In this document: positions 1 to 14,200 of the stretch, in pieces | Numbering within the stretch: position 1 is the first letter of the stretch | Layout: each line of letters begins with the position of its first letter | NCBI RefSeq assembly: GCF_001194135.2 | Contig: NC_068981.1 | Location: 15,009,849 to 15,073,848 of the forward strand | From: Octopus bimaculoides | Lineage: Eukaryota | DNA: 64,000 nt | Direction: 5' to 3' | Translations under genes and position numbers: made by a program | The notes under the pieces: model-generated | Seen by the model: the letters and a program-made list of their open reading frames with translations, nothing else | Told to the model about the DNA's origin: nothing | Databases searched by the model: none

Positions 1-479
1 TTCATATCTTAATGAGTGAAATTGAAACGCTTGTGAATAGCACAGAGAGTATGACTGTTCTCTGTGATGCAGTATTTATATCACTGATTCATGAAACTTT
101 TGTTTCAATGCTTTTCACACTGATTGAATATATTTGATTTATTTTCATTTCTATAATTGTGAAATTGAGAAGGTTTCATTATATTATATTCCATTTAATA
201 GTAGAAGGCTCTGCTTTGTAATTTCCGGCTTTAATTAGTAATTTCATAATTAAACTGTAATAAGCTGGACGTGATTAATCTGATGCGAGGCAGTTTTCGA
301 CAACGATCAGATTGTGTTTAAGAACTGTTTCTGGAAAGAGAACTAATAGAGAAACGAGTGTGTATATGACTTTGTTATACTGCTGCTATATTTAAATCGA
401 TTCATTAACATGAATGAAAAAGATACCGTCCTGCATCACTGGATATTTAGACTTCCTTGTCTCTGAATCTACAGCCGAA

Positions 480-1004
480 GGTTTTGGCAACCTGTCTGAA
501 GAATATGCACACATTTGAAAGAATCCTTTTACCTCCGCTTTTGGAAAATGATAGTTCCGTGAGCACTAATCCCTTGAACAAAGCCTCCGTCTTTCTTTGT
601 TACTCGTTGTAAAACCACCTCTGTACGTACACACTTCGAAGCTTTTGCTAAGCCTATCTTCTTCCAACCGACAAAGCTCCTTATACTGCATAAAGGGAAA
701 GAAACTGCGTAAACATGCTTGCTTACATCAATCTAATCAGATCGCCTCTTTTCACGGTAAAATTTCCGCTAAGTTCAGACATTTAGCATCTGACCTTCAC
801 CGTAATTCTTATCAAGCACTTCAATAGCTCACTGCTGGAATATAGATTCATGTCTGAAATCATACTGCATTGTGTCTCTTTCTTAAGAATGGTCACACAT
901 TTCATTCAGCCAACTATTGTTCTATTGCACTGACTTCTTAGATATGAAGGTAAATGCAACGTACTTTAACAATAATATTTTCCACCGACTTTTAATCTCT
1001 GTTT

Positions 1005-1051
<47 letters not shown>

Positions 1052-1620
1052 TTTTTTTTTCTCTATACTACGTGGGCTACCAGTACAGCATCTGTAAAGA
1101 GAAACTCACTTAAGAACTACTCTCTTATGTTATTATGTTACTCAAGAGGATGATCTAGATTTAGAAAATGTTGGCTAAATTAATCATGTTGCCCTGAATA
1201 TCTGCAAACCTTCGTACATGACTCGGAAACGAATCTTCTTAAAATTCCTAACTAGAAGTTCCATCTGTCCCCCTCTTCGGTCAGAAGGACCTCTTTCCGC
1301 CCCACTATCAATAAATTGTGACGTGTCAAAGACTTTAGTATTGCACACCCTAACACATTCTTTTCCTTCTCTCCGTCAATGATCTATTTGCCATCATCTT
1401 CAAAGCTGACGAAATTTCCATAGACGAAAGGACACTTTGTGTTTTTCTAATCTTCCCAAACGCATCCTCAACTGCTTGCAATCTGAACACGACATGTCAC
1501 ACATACTGTGAATGACTGAATGAATGGAGATCTGAGAGTTTCCTCCAATACGTTCATGCCAATCATATATTTTTTCAAAAACCAGAAGGACGAGTACTAC
1601 TCATGTGAAGTAAAACACGT
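480..1620 (+). mobile_element. Highly decayed CR1/L2-type LINE reverse transcriptase remnant
   Basis: Scattered RT-like motifs in the expected order but broken by stops and frameshifts: RLSLLLVVK (~590), SNRQ (~660), PNTFFFLLSVNDL..KADE (~1350-1415, cf. GPTLFLLFINDL..YADD). Interrupted by a (CT)n tract. Confidence 0.35.
1007..1048. repeat. (CT)n microsatellite
   Basis: Directly visible; produces the LSLSLS ORF artefact at 917-1153. Confidence 0.95.
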
Positions 1621-1729
1621 CGCATTACCTAATCCTGGACAGTAGACAAAATGGTGTTCGTGATCATTCCATTTGTTAAGATATCCTTGTACATAAGCAT
1701 TTTATTTGGAAAAAAGATATTTACAGTTA

Positions 1730-2170
1730 ATAGTTATCGCCAACCCAACATGGTAGTCCAAAAAATAGGACGAATGCTGCCGTTGATTAGCTCCAAGAAG
1801 ACATTGCTTCTAGCTAGCTATGTGACACACGATTCTGTGTCCAATATAACATTCGAACAGGGGAGGTCAGCCGCTACTACTTGCTGGTCTGGAATATTCA
1901 GACTAGGTAAATAATCCTTCGTACAGACGGTCAGTAGCGACGCCTGCTGGGTTCGGCTGCTCTACATTGATAAGAGGCAATACCTCGAAACTAGTCTGTA
2001 GATGGCAGACCAGTAAAGGGAAGCGGCTGACCTCCCTTGTTCGAAGGTTATAATGGATACAGATTCGTGTGTCACATAGCTAGCTGGAGGGGATGGCCAC
2101 TTGAAGGTAATCAACAGCAGCATTCGTCCTGTTTTTTTCTGGACCGCCATGTTGGCTTGGCGATAACTAT
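1730..2170. mobile_element. Fold-back / long-TIR non-autonomous DNA transposon (MITE-like)
   Basis: Arms 1730-1906 and 1991-2170 are reverse complements (about 80% identical by eye) around an 84-bp spacer; ORFs 1651-1914(+) and 1962-2150(-) give near-identical peptides (GRML..ASYVTH.SVS.ITFEQGRSAA). No clean TSD. Confidence 0.75.
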
Positions 2171-4854
2171 CAATATCCAGTACCGCTTCCGTAGTCTCCT
2201 TTAGAGAAACTTAGAAATATTAATATTTCTATAAATTATTTACCTTCTATAGGAATGCATTCTTCTTTTTTTTGTTTTTGCAGACCGCTTTATTAGAGCC
2301 CTTATATCCACAGTCCAAAATATTTCAGCCGCAAACATTTGATACTTCTTCGGAAAGTATGAGATTCACGGTGTACTCCTGTTTCCATATCTGCTGCTGA
2401 TAAATATTAGAATTCGAAAATGTTGAATATGTATTACGCCGACTAAATGTCCATATCCTTTTTTGGCTTACAAAGACAAATGGCCACACATTCTGAAGGG
2501 TGTTATATTCGACATGACTATAGTTATTGGCATTCTGTTTCCTTGACCCAGAGAAATGTAATGCACGATGACTCTCTTCAGAATGAAGATGCATTGAACT
2601 AGATATCCCAATACTAAACTAAATATACTAAGTATTCTAATCCTATTGCATTTCATCGTACTCTCTAGCGATATTGGTAGTTTACCATCATACCATACCT
2701 AGGATAGTCGTCCCTTTACTGAAAAACGTATCAGCTTGTTGTTGACATTGTATAAGGAACCATTCCAACGCACATTTGATGACTTCTCGCTTCTCGTTTT
2801 CCTGAGAAAAGACAAATTAACTGACAGTGAAACTTGTAGCGAAACCGCTGGAGCGTTTAAGATACAACTAAAATTATTCCTCCTATGTTTCTACTTGGCA
2901 CTGAGCCAATTTCAGAGAGAATTAGTAAGCTGTGTCGTGCAGTTCAAGGCGTATCTGTCTCTGCCTGGCATCATCTTATACACCGTTTTATGCTAACCTC
3001 AAAACTGTTTTTCTATTTCGTTAAGCAACAAAATACAAATCGTTGACAATCCTACATTGTCTTCACCCCTTATTAGTTCTACTTAATTCGATTTAAGCAA
3101 TTACTAATGAATAATTACAAACGAATAAATTCACCGATATTCATTTAGTCTCATATGTGGTGATTCTAGTATCGCACCGTAATGTTTGCAATTATGGAAA
3201 ACATTATATTATAGCTCCTTTATCAACTTAAACAAAAGTATGTTCTGTACATTGTATGGAATATTTCTTTGTATTTAAAAGAGAAAATTAATGTCTTTCA
3301 AATGAATATCAGCATTGTGTTTCGGGTCTCTAAATATATTCTTAATCAAACAATGTTATTAATGATGTGGTCCCTCACAGGCATTTGCATTAAAATAGTG
3401 TTGATACCTTATTATCAATAAGTTCATCACATGACCAATTTCGTTGGATAAGCAATATAAATAAGAAACAACAGACGAATTAGATCGATTTAAATGCTAT
3501 GAATATCGATTTTTGTTTTCTACACAAAAGCACACAAAGAAGAAACGTATTCACCAAAGTAATCTGAGGAATTTGTATTTTGAGAAAAAATTACGAGAAA
3601 AATGAAATTAACTTTCGTATGTATAGAACACTAATTTATGCGCAATATAAAATGCGTTAGAACAGCATCATCAGCATCCTACTTATTGCAGCAAGACACA
3701 AGTCGAAAATGTTAAAATGAATGGTATTAGATATTAAAGGTCAGAGTTATATAGCAACTGGGAGTCTTCTCTGAAACTTCATTGAATTTCTGATTTCAGC
3801 AAATAATTAAATGTATGGTGCGATGATTAATAATGATCAAGATAGAGATAAGCAACTCATCTGTATTGATGCTAGTGCTCTTGTATTGTTATCTCATTGA
3901 CGTTATAGCATGCCATCACATATTGTTTTGATTTGTTCTGGCATATAATATCGGGAATTCCTATTGCCAATACTAATCTGAGATGACATCTCGAACTAGC
4001 CATTTGTTCGGATGTGAATTCGATTGGAAATACACTTGGAAATTAATGCCGGTCGGGAAATTCATATGATTTAAATTGCATATCTCACTAAATTTGCTAC
4101 TAATGGAAATTCTCCCTGTGGGAATTCATAACAATTATCTATAGAACAATAGGCCATTTATTTTTAGGCCACATTAACATGAATCATCAACCGAGTAAGT
4201 ATATTTGAAGTTTTACTCTAACTCCTATAATCTACATCAGTTGTTTATTAGAGTTATTTGGAAATTAGTTTGATAATGATCTTTGCTTCACATAGTCATT
4301 AGCAGACCAACACTAATCAGCAGAATGTGGAGAAAGCAAAATTATCTGTAGTATTCCTACTTGCTGAGACAGTGATGCGTTTTCAAATTCTTTCTTTGTA
4401 AGCATTTTGTTTCACTTGTGAACCTAATTTCATTGAAGGTGTTCTCGTTTCCCTTCCCTATAACATAGAATTCTCCGTTACAACGCAATTATCATTAAAT
4501 GGAATATAATAGCAGGATATATAACGAAAGCCATTCGAGTATTTATGTAGATATCTGAGTTAATAATGGTGTATCATCAACTCATTTGTATTAGAAAGTG
4601 TTGCCGTTCTGATAAATCAGGCAGTTAATTCATTTCCTGAAATTACATGCAGGGATTTCGCAGCATTTACATGCAAACGGTGCTGTTTTAAAACACTATA
4701 ATTTCGAATAAGTCTCGATGAAATTCTCAGTACAACTCTCATAAAATAATAGCAATTTCCAATTTCCCCGCTTATCTTCGAAATGATACACTCATTAAAT
4801 TTATTGCCAATAAAATACTACGTAATTTTAAAAATATTTTTTTTCTTCTTTTAT

Positions 4855-5065
4855 CTATTAATTGTTTCAGTCATTAGATTGCGGCCAAGCTGCTGCACAA
4901 CGTTGAATAAATTTTAGTCGAATGAATCGACCTCAGCATTTATTTTCTTTTAAAACTGATATTTATTCTATCAATGTATTATAATAAGTAGCCGGAACCT
5001 AAACACACCAGTACCGGTTGCCGAGCGATTGTGGGAGACAAACGCAGACATATAGGCACACACAC
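4855..5065 (-). mobile_element. SINE family A, 3' half
   Basis: TTGTTTCAGTCATTAGATTGCGGCC...AAACACACCAGTACCGGTTG is the reverse complement of the tail of the copy at 21897-22278; runs into (CA)/(TA) and a gap. Confidence 0.8.
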
Positions 5066-5379
5066 ACACATCATATATATANNNNNNNNNNNNNNNNNNN
5101 NNNNNNNNNNNNNNNNNNNNNNNNNNNNNNNNNNNNNNNNNNNNNNNNNNNNNNNNNNNNNNNNNNNNNNNNNNNNNNNNNNNNNNNNNNNNNNNNNNNN
5201 NNNNNNNNNNNNNNNNNNNNNNNNNNNNNNNNNNNNNNNNNNNNNNNNNNNNNNNNNNNNNNNNNNNNNNNNNNNNNNNNNNNNNNNNNNNNNNNNNNNN
5301 NNNNNNNNNNNNNNNNNNNNNNNNNNNNNNNNNNNNNNNNNNNNNNNNNNNNNNNNNNNNNNNNNNNNNNNNNNNNNNA

Positions 5380-5414
<35 letters not shown>

Positions 5415-5780
5415 GTATGTATGTATATATATATGTATATATATGTATTTACGTATATATCTAAAGAAAAAGTCAAAGTAGCACATGCTAAAATAATTTT
5501 ATCATAAAAAAACATGTTAGTACTGTATTGTTTTTTTAATATTTGCATGGGTGTGATTCTAAGCAGCAGTAGTAGTAAACTAGGAAGGATGTAGCGAAGA
5601 AGAAGGAGACGAAGAAGAAAGAGAAGGAGAAGAAGAGAAAGAATAATAGAAGAATGCGGGAGTGCTGTGATAGTAGTAGGATGTTTAGTGGTTAAGTGAC
5701 CTACAAAAAGTGGTATAACAGCTACTGTCCCAATCACCTCAATCATTTTTACACCCAATACACAAACACAGAGACACGAG

Positions 5781-5975
5781 ATAACACTAAACAGGCGGGA
5801 AGAACCAGAAGTGATAAAAATTATCAGACTAACACACAAAGAACTAACAGGAAACCAAATTAACATACTCTCCAAAGGGCTCAAGTTTACACCCATCCCC
5901 AACGCCCCAACTACAACGAAATGAAAAAAGACATTGCGGAATTTTGTAGAAAATTACGACTCACTGATGAGGTAT
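5781..5975 (+). mobile_element. Penelope-like element ORF N-terminal remnant
   Basis: Translates IIRLTHKELTGNQINILSKGLKFTPIP, then after a frameshift NYNEMKKDIAEFCRKLRLTDE; LSKGLKFxPxP...DIxEFxRKLRL is characteristic of PLE ORFs upstream of the RT. Confidence 0.75.
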
Positions 5976-6007
5976 GCGACAAATACAACGTGAAATTAAA
6001 GTGCAAG

Positions 6008-6304
6008 TGGTTAAGCTCTCCACAGACACGTGTACCCTTAACGTAGTTCTCGGGGAGTTTCAGCGTGACACAGTGTGACAAGGCTGACCCTTTGAATTAC
6101 AGACACAACAGAAACAGGAAGTAAGAGTGAGAGAAATTTGTGGTGGAAGAGTACAGCAGGGTTCGCCACTATCCCCTGCCGGAGCCTCGTGGAGCTTTAG
6201 GTGTTTTCGCTCAATAAACACTCACAACGCCCGGTCTGGGAATCGAAACCGCGATCCTATGATCGCGAGTCCGCTGCCTAACCACTGGGCCATTGCCCCT
6301 CCAC
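6008..6304 (-). mobile_element. tRNA-derived SINE family C, near full length
   Basis: Minus-strand head with Pol III box A TGGCCCAGTGG (6292-6282) and box B GGTTTCGATTCC (6250-6239), followed by ~230 bp of non-tRNA body; not a canonical tRNA cloverleaf. Confidence 0.8.
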
Positions 6305-7614
6305 CCATATCAACATATACACAAACAAAATCAGAAGCAGATTTTCTCTGACGAGGAAGGAAATAAACCAGAAGCCGCGGTCCACTGATATTACCTTATG
6401 CTGAGAGGGGGTGCTAAACTCTCCTGTTCGAAAATACAAGGTCATTTATATGTTATACTAAGTAACATAATCATAAAACATTTAGAATCTTCTTTAATTG
6501 AACAAATGTATGCGTTTTGTATATAATTTAAATAAAATATATTCTTTGTAGACGATCTGTGCCTCAGTAGTGTTATGTAGTTCCAAAATACAGCAAAAGA
6601 ATACAGTGTTGCATCACTAGATATGTATAGTTAACTATCAAATACGTCCATAATATTGTAATATTTATGTATACCATCTACTTCAGTTAAAGGTCAAGAA
6701 ATATGTGTTCAGGATAAATCAAACATATATCTGTGATTTATTTAAACGTATTTATTATGCCCTAAATCGAGAGACTCTTTTTTTACTATCAGCATGAAAA
6801 AAATAATTGGAATCAACCATTGATGTTTTTGTTGAGAGTATTCATACAGTATTTATGATGTGAACAACAGACACTTTATTATGTAGGGAAATTCATTATA
6901 ATTATTGAGATCAATGTTGTGATTTAGCCCGAAGACAACTTAGCTCTACCAAAGTTTTCAAAGTTGTACCTCTTTTGACTATCAATTATCTAGGATTTTA
7001 TTATTAAATAACCCCACCAATTTTTTTAAATACAGTAACTTGTTATTTGAGATAGAATTTCTTGTAATTTGTTTATTGAAGTTCGAATGCATGTGAATAA
7101 TAATGATTATACCAAGCTTTCAGCTCCCTTCCTAGATACCAAATATAAGTATTTTAAGTTGGATATGCATTAAACAGCATTTATTTTTACACAAAGTACT
7201 ATGTGGATGATATATATTGCATATGCATGCATGTTGTAAAAATTAAAAGCAATTTAATAATAGTTGATTTCATTATCCAAACAATTTCCAATGTTGAATT
7301 TATCTTCCCTGGTTGATGGTTTTGACATTTAACAATCCGAATTCGCAAACACGTTTTAACAGATATGATTTCGATTGATTATGCACCTGGCACACACAAA
7401 AACTAAGCGGTTTCAGGCTTTCGGATTTACAGGTGGAAATAACGACGGCTATGAGAATTAGTGAAGCGTAAACACAAAACTGTGTACCTGCCTAATTGCG
7501 ACTTCCGAAGATATAGACAAGTAGATGGATACACAGGTAGAAAGATAACTAAACTAGAATGAAAACAACTAGATATTCATGCTTATATCTACAAAATGTA
7601 TTCTTTTTATTTTT

Positions 7615-7900
7615 TCATTCTTTTGCTTGTTTCAGCCATTAAACTGCAGCCTTCCTGGGGCAAAGCCTTGAAAAATTGTATTCGAACGAATCGAAGCCAT
7701 TCCTTATTTCATTTTGTAAGACCCTTACTTATTCTATCAGAACCATGTGCCGACCGTATAGTTTACGAGGACGTAAACACAGCAACACCGATTGTCAAGT
7801 GTTAGTAGGGAACAAACGTTGACATAAACACGCGAAGGCACGCGCGCGTGCACAGGGGCACTCACACACACATTTACATATGTTCATATATATACATATG

Positions 7901-7948
<48 letters not shown>

Positions 7949-8120
7949 AACACATACACACATGTATATGTATGTATATTTCTGTCAATCAAATCCACTC
8001 CCACTGCTTTGGTTTGACCCGACGTCATGGTAAAAGACACCTAACAAAGTTACCCCATAGTGAGACTGAACCCTGAACCATGTGACTTGGAGGTACAATA
8101 CTTATTGCACATCTACACCT
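7615..8120 (-). mobile_element. SINE family A, full length, diverged
   Basis: Tail (7615-7830), internal (CA)/(TA) microsatellite and head (7975-8120) all align as reverse complement to 21897-22278. Confidence 0.8.
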
Positions 8121-8205
8121 GTTCACACACACACACACTCACTTACGCATACACACATGCACACACACATACACACACACATACACACACGCACACACAC
8201 CCACC

Positions 8206-8241
<36 letters not shown>

Positions 8242-10820
8242 NNNNNNNNNNNNNNNNNNNNNNNNNNNNNNNNNNNNNNNNNNNNNNNNNNNNNNNNNNN
8301 NNNNNNNNNNNNNNNNNNNNNNNNNNNNNNNNNNNNNNNNNNNNNNNNNNNNNNNNNNNNNNNNNNNNNNNNNNNNNNNNNNNNNNNNNNNNNNNNNNNN
8401 NNNNNNNNNNNNNNNNNNNNNNNNNNNNNNNNNNNNNNNNNNNNNNNNNNNNNNNNNNNNNNNNNNNNNNNNNNNNNNNNNNNNNNNNNNNNNNNNNNNN
8501 NNNNNNNNNNNNNNNNNNNNNNNNNNNNNNNNNNNNNNNNNNNNNNNNNNNNNNNNNNNNNNNNNNNNNNNNNNNNNNNNNNNNNNNNNNNNNNNNNNNN
8601 NNNNNNNNNNNNNNNNNNNNNNNNNNNNNNNNNNNNNNNNNNNNNNNNNNNNNNNNNNNNNNNNNNNNNNNNNNNNNNNNNNNNNNNNNNNNNNNNNNNN
8701 NNNNNNNNNNNNNNNNNNNNNNNNNNNNNNNNNNNNNNNNNNNNNNNNNNNNNNNNNNNNNNCACACACACACACATATATATATTTATTTCAGAACACA
8801 CACTGTACAACTCTGAAAATCGGCAATCAATGAACGTAGGCTATTAAATCTGAATATAATCAAATAATCAATGTTTGTGCTACAATCGTTCCTGTCAAAC
8901 CGCCAAAGGTTCCTGATAGGAAACGTTATGAAATACAATGATTCGAACTTCAATTTATCACGTGTCAATACTTCAGAATAAAACAGATTATGCATTTCCA
9001 TTTTAAAATTTGAAAAAATCATAAAATTCAGTTTCAATAAAAATTCTTATGTGCTTTTCGAAAAAATGTTGTGCAAGGGAAAAGGGTTTGCTATACTTTA
9101 TCGTTTAGCTCCAGTAGTTTCAACCAAATAGGTGATTAAATAGTATGTTCTCATTGGATAGTGTTATCATCTGTGAAACTTAATTGTTTGCTGTGGTTCT
9201 ATTGTCGATTTTAGATTTCATTTCATGGATCACATAACACAAAAGCAATTTTATTTCAACATTATAGGGAATGAATACCGTAGCCATAGTAGCATGTTAT
9301 AGATATCAAAACAAAAACAAGGACATGAAAAAACATAGTATATCTTTCACTTAAATTAATGTCGACATCAGACGATTATTAAAATCTGTATATTGTATCA
9401 AATATACTAAAGACCTATTGCAAGTGAAGCATTAACTTAGTGTTATAGAAAGATTACGAGATAAACAGTTTGGACGAAACTCTATACATACATTCATCTC
9501 TCTCTCTCTCTCTCTCTTTTTCTCTCTTTTTCTCTTTATATATATGTACTACTTCGTAAATATTTGTTCTAATATATACGTAAACGTAAGAACATCCATT
9601 CATATCTACGTACACACTCACATATTACATACATACATGCACATATATATGTGTGCATATTTTTATTCTGCTAATACTTTTAGTCTTTCGAATGCGGTTA
9701 TAGTGGTAGAACGTTGAAGATACAAGTACTAAACTTTATCGATCCTTATCTTTCGAATATGTATAACAGTGTTTTAAAGACTCACCTTCCATGATTCACC
9801 TCAATAACCATAAGATCGTTCCGAGGAATTAAAGCGTCAGTCGTAGGTATGTACACACATATGAAACAGGCAATATTAATGCATGTAACCCACTACAACA
9901 AGTTGTGTAGTAGGTACAGCAGTGACAAAACAGACAACCCTGCCTAGCCTGCTTGGTAATGAGAGTGGTTTACGTTGTGCATTCCTCACGACGTAAAAGA
10001 ATGAGTCAAAAGGCGAATGAAATCCACAGAATAAACGACCATCATGCAGCTGGAATGTGGGACCGATTAACTGTTGTTCTGATATCTCTCTGTAAGGAAA
10101 CCTCGGATATAATTCCTGCGGTTTCATGTGCATCCAAAGATATAGTGTAGCTCTTCTTCTAGGTTAAATGCATTCGCTATTCAGAGAATGGGGTTGGTCC
10201 TTTGAAAATATTTTCATCAATTTTAAAAGCTTCAGTTCAGCATCGCTTGATTTTAACATATCCATTGTATGTTGCATAAATAACATTAGTGGCCTTAGCC
10301 GACAAAGGAAAAACGCCCAATGAAAAATGCCAGGATGGCATCACCTAATGTCCCAGTGTGGGTGGTAAGCTCTCTGAAGACTTGTTGTAACATGCGTCCT
10401 CTGTGCAAAAGTGTGTAAGACCCTGAAAAAGTCACACCTGTGTTGCTCCTGTTTAAAAGAATTGTTGAGCGTTGGCATTATTCGAGATCCATTTGCAGAC
10501 ATCGCGCACATACATACAAGAAACATTCATACACACATTCAGAAGCACACACGCACAGATTTACGTATATATANNNNNNNNNNNNNNNNNNNNNNNNNNN
10601 NNNNNNNNNNNNNNNNNNNNNNNNNNNNNNNNNNNNNNNNNNNNNNNNNNNNNNNNNNNNNNNNNNNNNNNNNNNNNNNNNNNNNNNNNNNNNNNNNNNN
10701 NNNNNNNNNNNNNNNNNNNNNNNNNNNNNNNNNNNNNNNNNNNNNNNNNNNNNNNTGTGTGTGTGTGTGCGTGTGAGTGTGTGTGTCTGTGTGTGTGTGT
10801 CTCTGTGTGTGTGTATGTGT

Positions 10821-10858
<38 letters not shown>

Positions 10859-11094
10859 CTAAGATTTAAAAGAAATAATTCTTGAGTTATTGAGGACCAA
10901 TGCTGTTCCAAATAGTGCAGATTTCTGACTTAATGTAACAGTTATATTACCACCAACCTCAATTAGGAAACTGCCATATCTCTTGGTCGCGGTACCTATA
11001 ATAGCTAGGAATAATATAAAGAACTCACCACAATCTTCGTTTTCCCTCTGTCAAATCCTAGTATTTCTCTATTTTCTGCCATTCTTTGCCTCTA

Positions 11095-11240
11095 CAGTAG
11101 TGGCTTCAAATTTTGGCCAGAAAAGATGAAAGGCAAAGTCGACCACGGTGGTATTTGAACCCAGAACGTAAAGACGGACAAATATCTGCCAAACATTTTG
11201 CCCGGTATTCTAACGATTCTAACAGAATGCCACTTTCGCT
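11095..11240 (-). mobile_element. tRNA-derived SINE family B head
   Basis: GATGAAAGGCAAAGTCGACCACGGTGGTATTTGAACCCAGAACGTAAAGACGG is the reverse complement of the head at 53640-53760; box-B-like GGGTTCAAATACC on minus. Confidence 0.75.
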
Positions 11241-14200
11241 TCAGCATAATATAGATCAAATCAAATACCGGGGTCTTTTATGATTTAGTAAGTGCTGTCT
11301 CGACGCCCCCAGGTGAAGAAGTTGGATTTCCCAAGACATATAAATAGAGGTAGTCTGGCCGTGGTGGGGGTGTTGAGTAGAAGTTGAGTAGCAGTCGAGT
11401 AGCAGTTGTGTAGCGGTTGAGAAGAAATCATCCAAAGGTGCTAGATAGCAGTAGCTTGAGACATAACAGTATCGAACAGTATCTTGTACCTGCAATGTAT
11501 ATTTTAAAATATTCTTAAAAGATTACAAAATAAGTATTTTAAAGTGTAAAACATAGATTACTGATGAAATAATTTCTATATTGTGAAAGGACAGAGCCAC
11601 CCCTAAGGTATATTACCAAAGATACCGCATACGTTATTAATATGAATATATTCAGCATAGTGTTAATGAAATCTTATAATATCAAATATCGGGCACTTGA
11701 GATTTTTCTGTAATTTTTACTAAATATAAGAATCCAAAACTGATAAGAATCCAATACTGCATTTCAGTAAAACGCTGAAGGCATGTAAATATAAAATATC
11801 ATATATCACTATCGCCTCTTCACAAATTCTTAGTAAATGTATATATGCTGGTACACCATTTTTAGATGTTATATTTTTGAAAGGTCATGTAATAGTAATT
11901 ACTGAGAAAATCTGCACGAAATATATTTCTACCATAATTTTAAGATTTAGAGGCAGAAACTTCATCGATTTTAAGGTTTTACCAAGATCATTAATATATG
12001 AATACGGTTAGCGGACCATCAATAATGAACATCAGTAGAATGAGAGGCATAATAATGTCTAGGGGTGTTTAGTGTAATAACGTGCTGACGTCTTATTTTA
12101 ACATTAAATGAAGTTTAAAGTGCACTAGTCAATTGAACTTTCTACACCACAGGTGCTATGCGACAATATTAGAAATTAATATTCATTGGAATAGCATGCT
12201 AGGTATGCTTCAAGCAAGCTGAGGCATCATTATTACTGTTGGAAATACTTTGTGTGCATTGTCTTCACGCCTATGGTTCCTAAGCTATAGAACATCTAAT
12301 TCATATTTAATTAAAACAAAAGGAGCGTTTCAAATTGCAAATAATTTACATAGACATTTACCCATCTAATAATACATTGAACATGCATATGTAGTAGCAG
12401 ACCCCTATTCTAAATTGATGCATGTTCAAACACACCTTGTTTTCACATCCAGTTAACATACATTATTTCGTGCAACGTTTATTTATATATTATAAGTTTT
12501 AGAAGCTATTTTCTTTTATATAAATATTATATGTTTACCTTATACAATAAATATCCAAAGCATACTCCCTTTCCTCTATGAAAACAATTTTCTTCATATT
12601 TCAGCCAAAATACGAATTCTGCCACTACTAGACAATAGACGATTTTTTTTTTAATATTATATCAATAGATAGTTTTCACTTTATCCAGTAATACATGTCT
12701 CCTTGAGACATATTATGTCAACAAACACAGGCTAATCATTCCCTAAATGGCCCTCCTAGACTATTTGAACAGTGATATTCCATCTATATAATGTATACTC
12801 TCAAAAGACATGCATTCTATGGCTACCTTCTAACATTGATATCAGTAGATATAACACAAATTATGTTCCATTGACTATTTCGGTGTCTAATACTGCATAA
12901 ATCTATGTATATGGCATTATCCTGCTGTATAAATGAGTAACATTAAATTATTGTGTTGTGAATGATTTCTGATTTACAGCTGGCTTAGGTTTTCTCTTTT
13001 GAGTCAGTCACAAAAATATTTTTAACGTGAGAAATAATTTTCCAGCTAATACATAACATGCAATCGCATATATATAAATTTCTGTTACAGTTATTTGCCA
13101 GTTTGTAGCGGGATAAATTATAGATGGATGGGTGTACGGTAGAAATTAGAGGAATTAAAGTGAAATATAACGTTCCATTTTGTATCCTTCTTCCTGTATC
13201 TCTGAATATTGCGTGTCATCACGCATCTAATGCTTTATTAACACGAGTTACGTAGTTTTTAGATACATATATTTTACCACTTCATTTTCATTCCTACAAA
13301 GAGTGTCAAAAAAACAATTTCAAATTATGACTATGCTCCGGAGAAAATTGTAATTAAATCTCATATTTTTTATGGTAATATAAGCTGCAATTACGTATGA
13401 GATACATACCATTAATACTTGCTCTAATTATATATGTTAAACATAAATCTTTGTGAATGACAAACCTGTAGCATGTATATGCTTTATTCACATCACTAAT
13501 CGTGCTCGCTATTACCTTTATAGCATTGTAAAAATCACACATAATATGGTTAATATTACTCTCACATAATTTCTGTTTTCCTATACAAGTGACAGAATAT
13601 TGACTTCCAAAGTAGGAAAAAAATAATATACTGATTATTGAGAGCAGTATTGCCTACAATTTTCCTACTTTTGCAGAACTGTCACGTTGTTCACACAGTA
13701 AAGAATTACATTCAGAATATTATATTTAAATGTGTCTTCGCTTGTAGGTATTACTTTATTTCATATAAAATACTTTCGTACAATATGTTATTTCCTGGTT
13801 GTATTTTGTCATAACTTTTATAAAGATGTAATTTTCTATGTACAAAGTAATTTAAACACAGACAAAACTCACGTTAATTCATTTCATTCTTCTATCTTCG
13901 TAATTCCGTTTTAGTTTTCAAGAAATCTTTCTTACAAACATATATTTGACGATCCTCTCAACATTTCTATAAAAGGAAGAATATTTTCGCATGTAAATAT
14001 TAAAATCTATATGTTTAATTTGTATTTTAGTTTGATTGTTTATATAACCGAGTCTCTATTTTATGCATGTGTACACGTGGTGTCTGTATAATAACTATAT
14101 TAATACGTTCTTAATAATTTGAGATGGTTGACTGGCAGATAATTGTAGGCTCACCGACTGCCATTCCTAGGACATCGAGGCTCTGTCATTAGGTATATTT

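Noticed and set aside
2284-2356. Possible plus-strand exon (strong T-rich acceptor, AAA/gtatga donor; TALLEPLYPQSKIFQPQTFDTSSE)
   Set aside because: Peptide not recognisable, no partner exon identified; a similar isolated acceptor at ~52946 is equally unsupported.
6230-6304. tRNA gene calls for the SINE heads (also 21897, 36244, 46406)
   Set aside because: Box A/B are present but no complete cloverleaf; each is fused to a repeated non-tRNA body.
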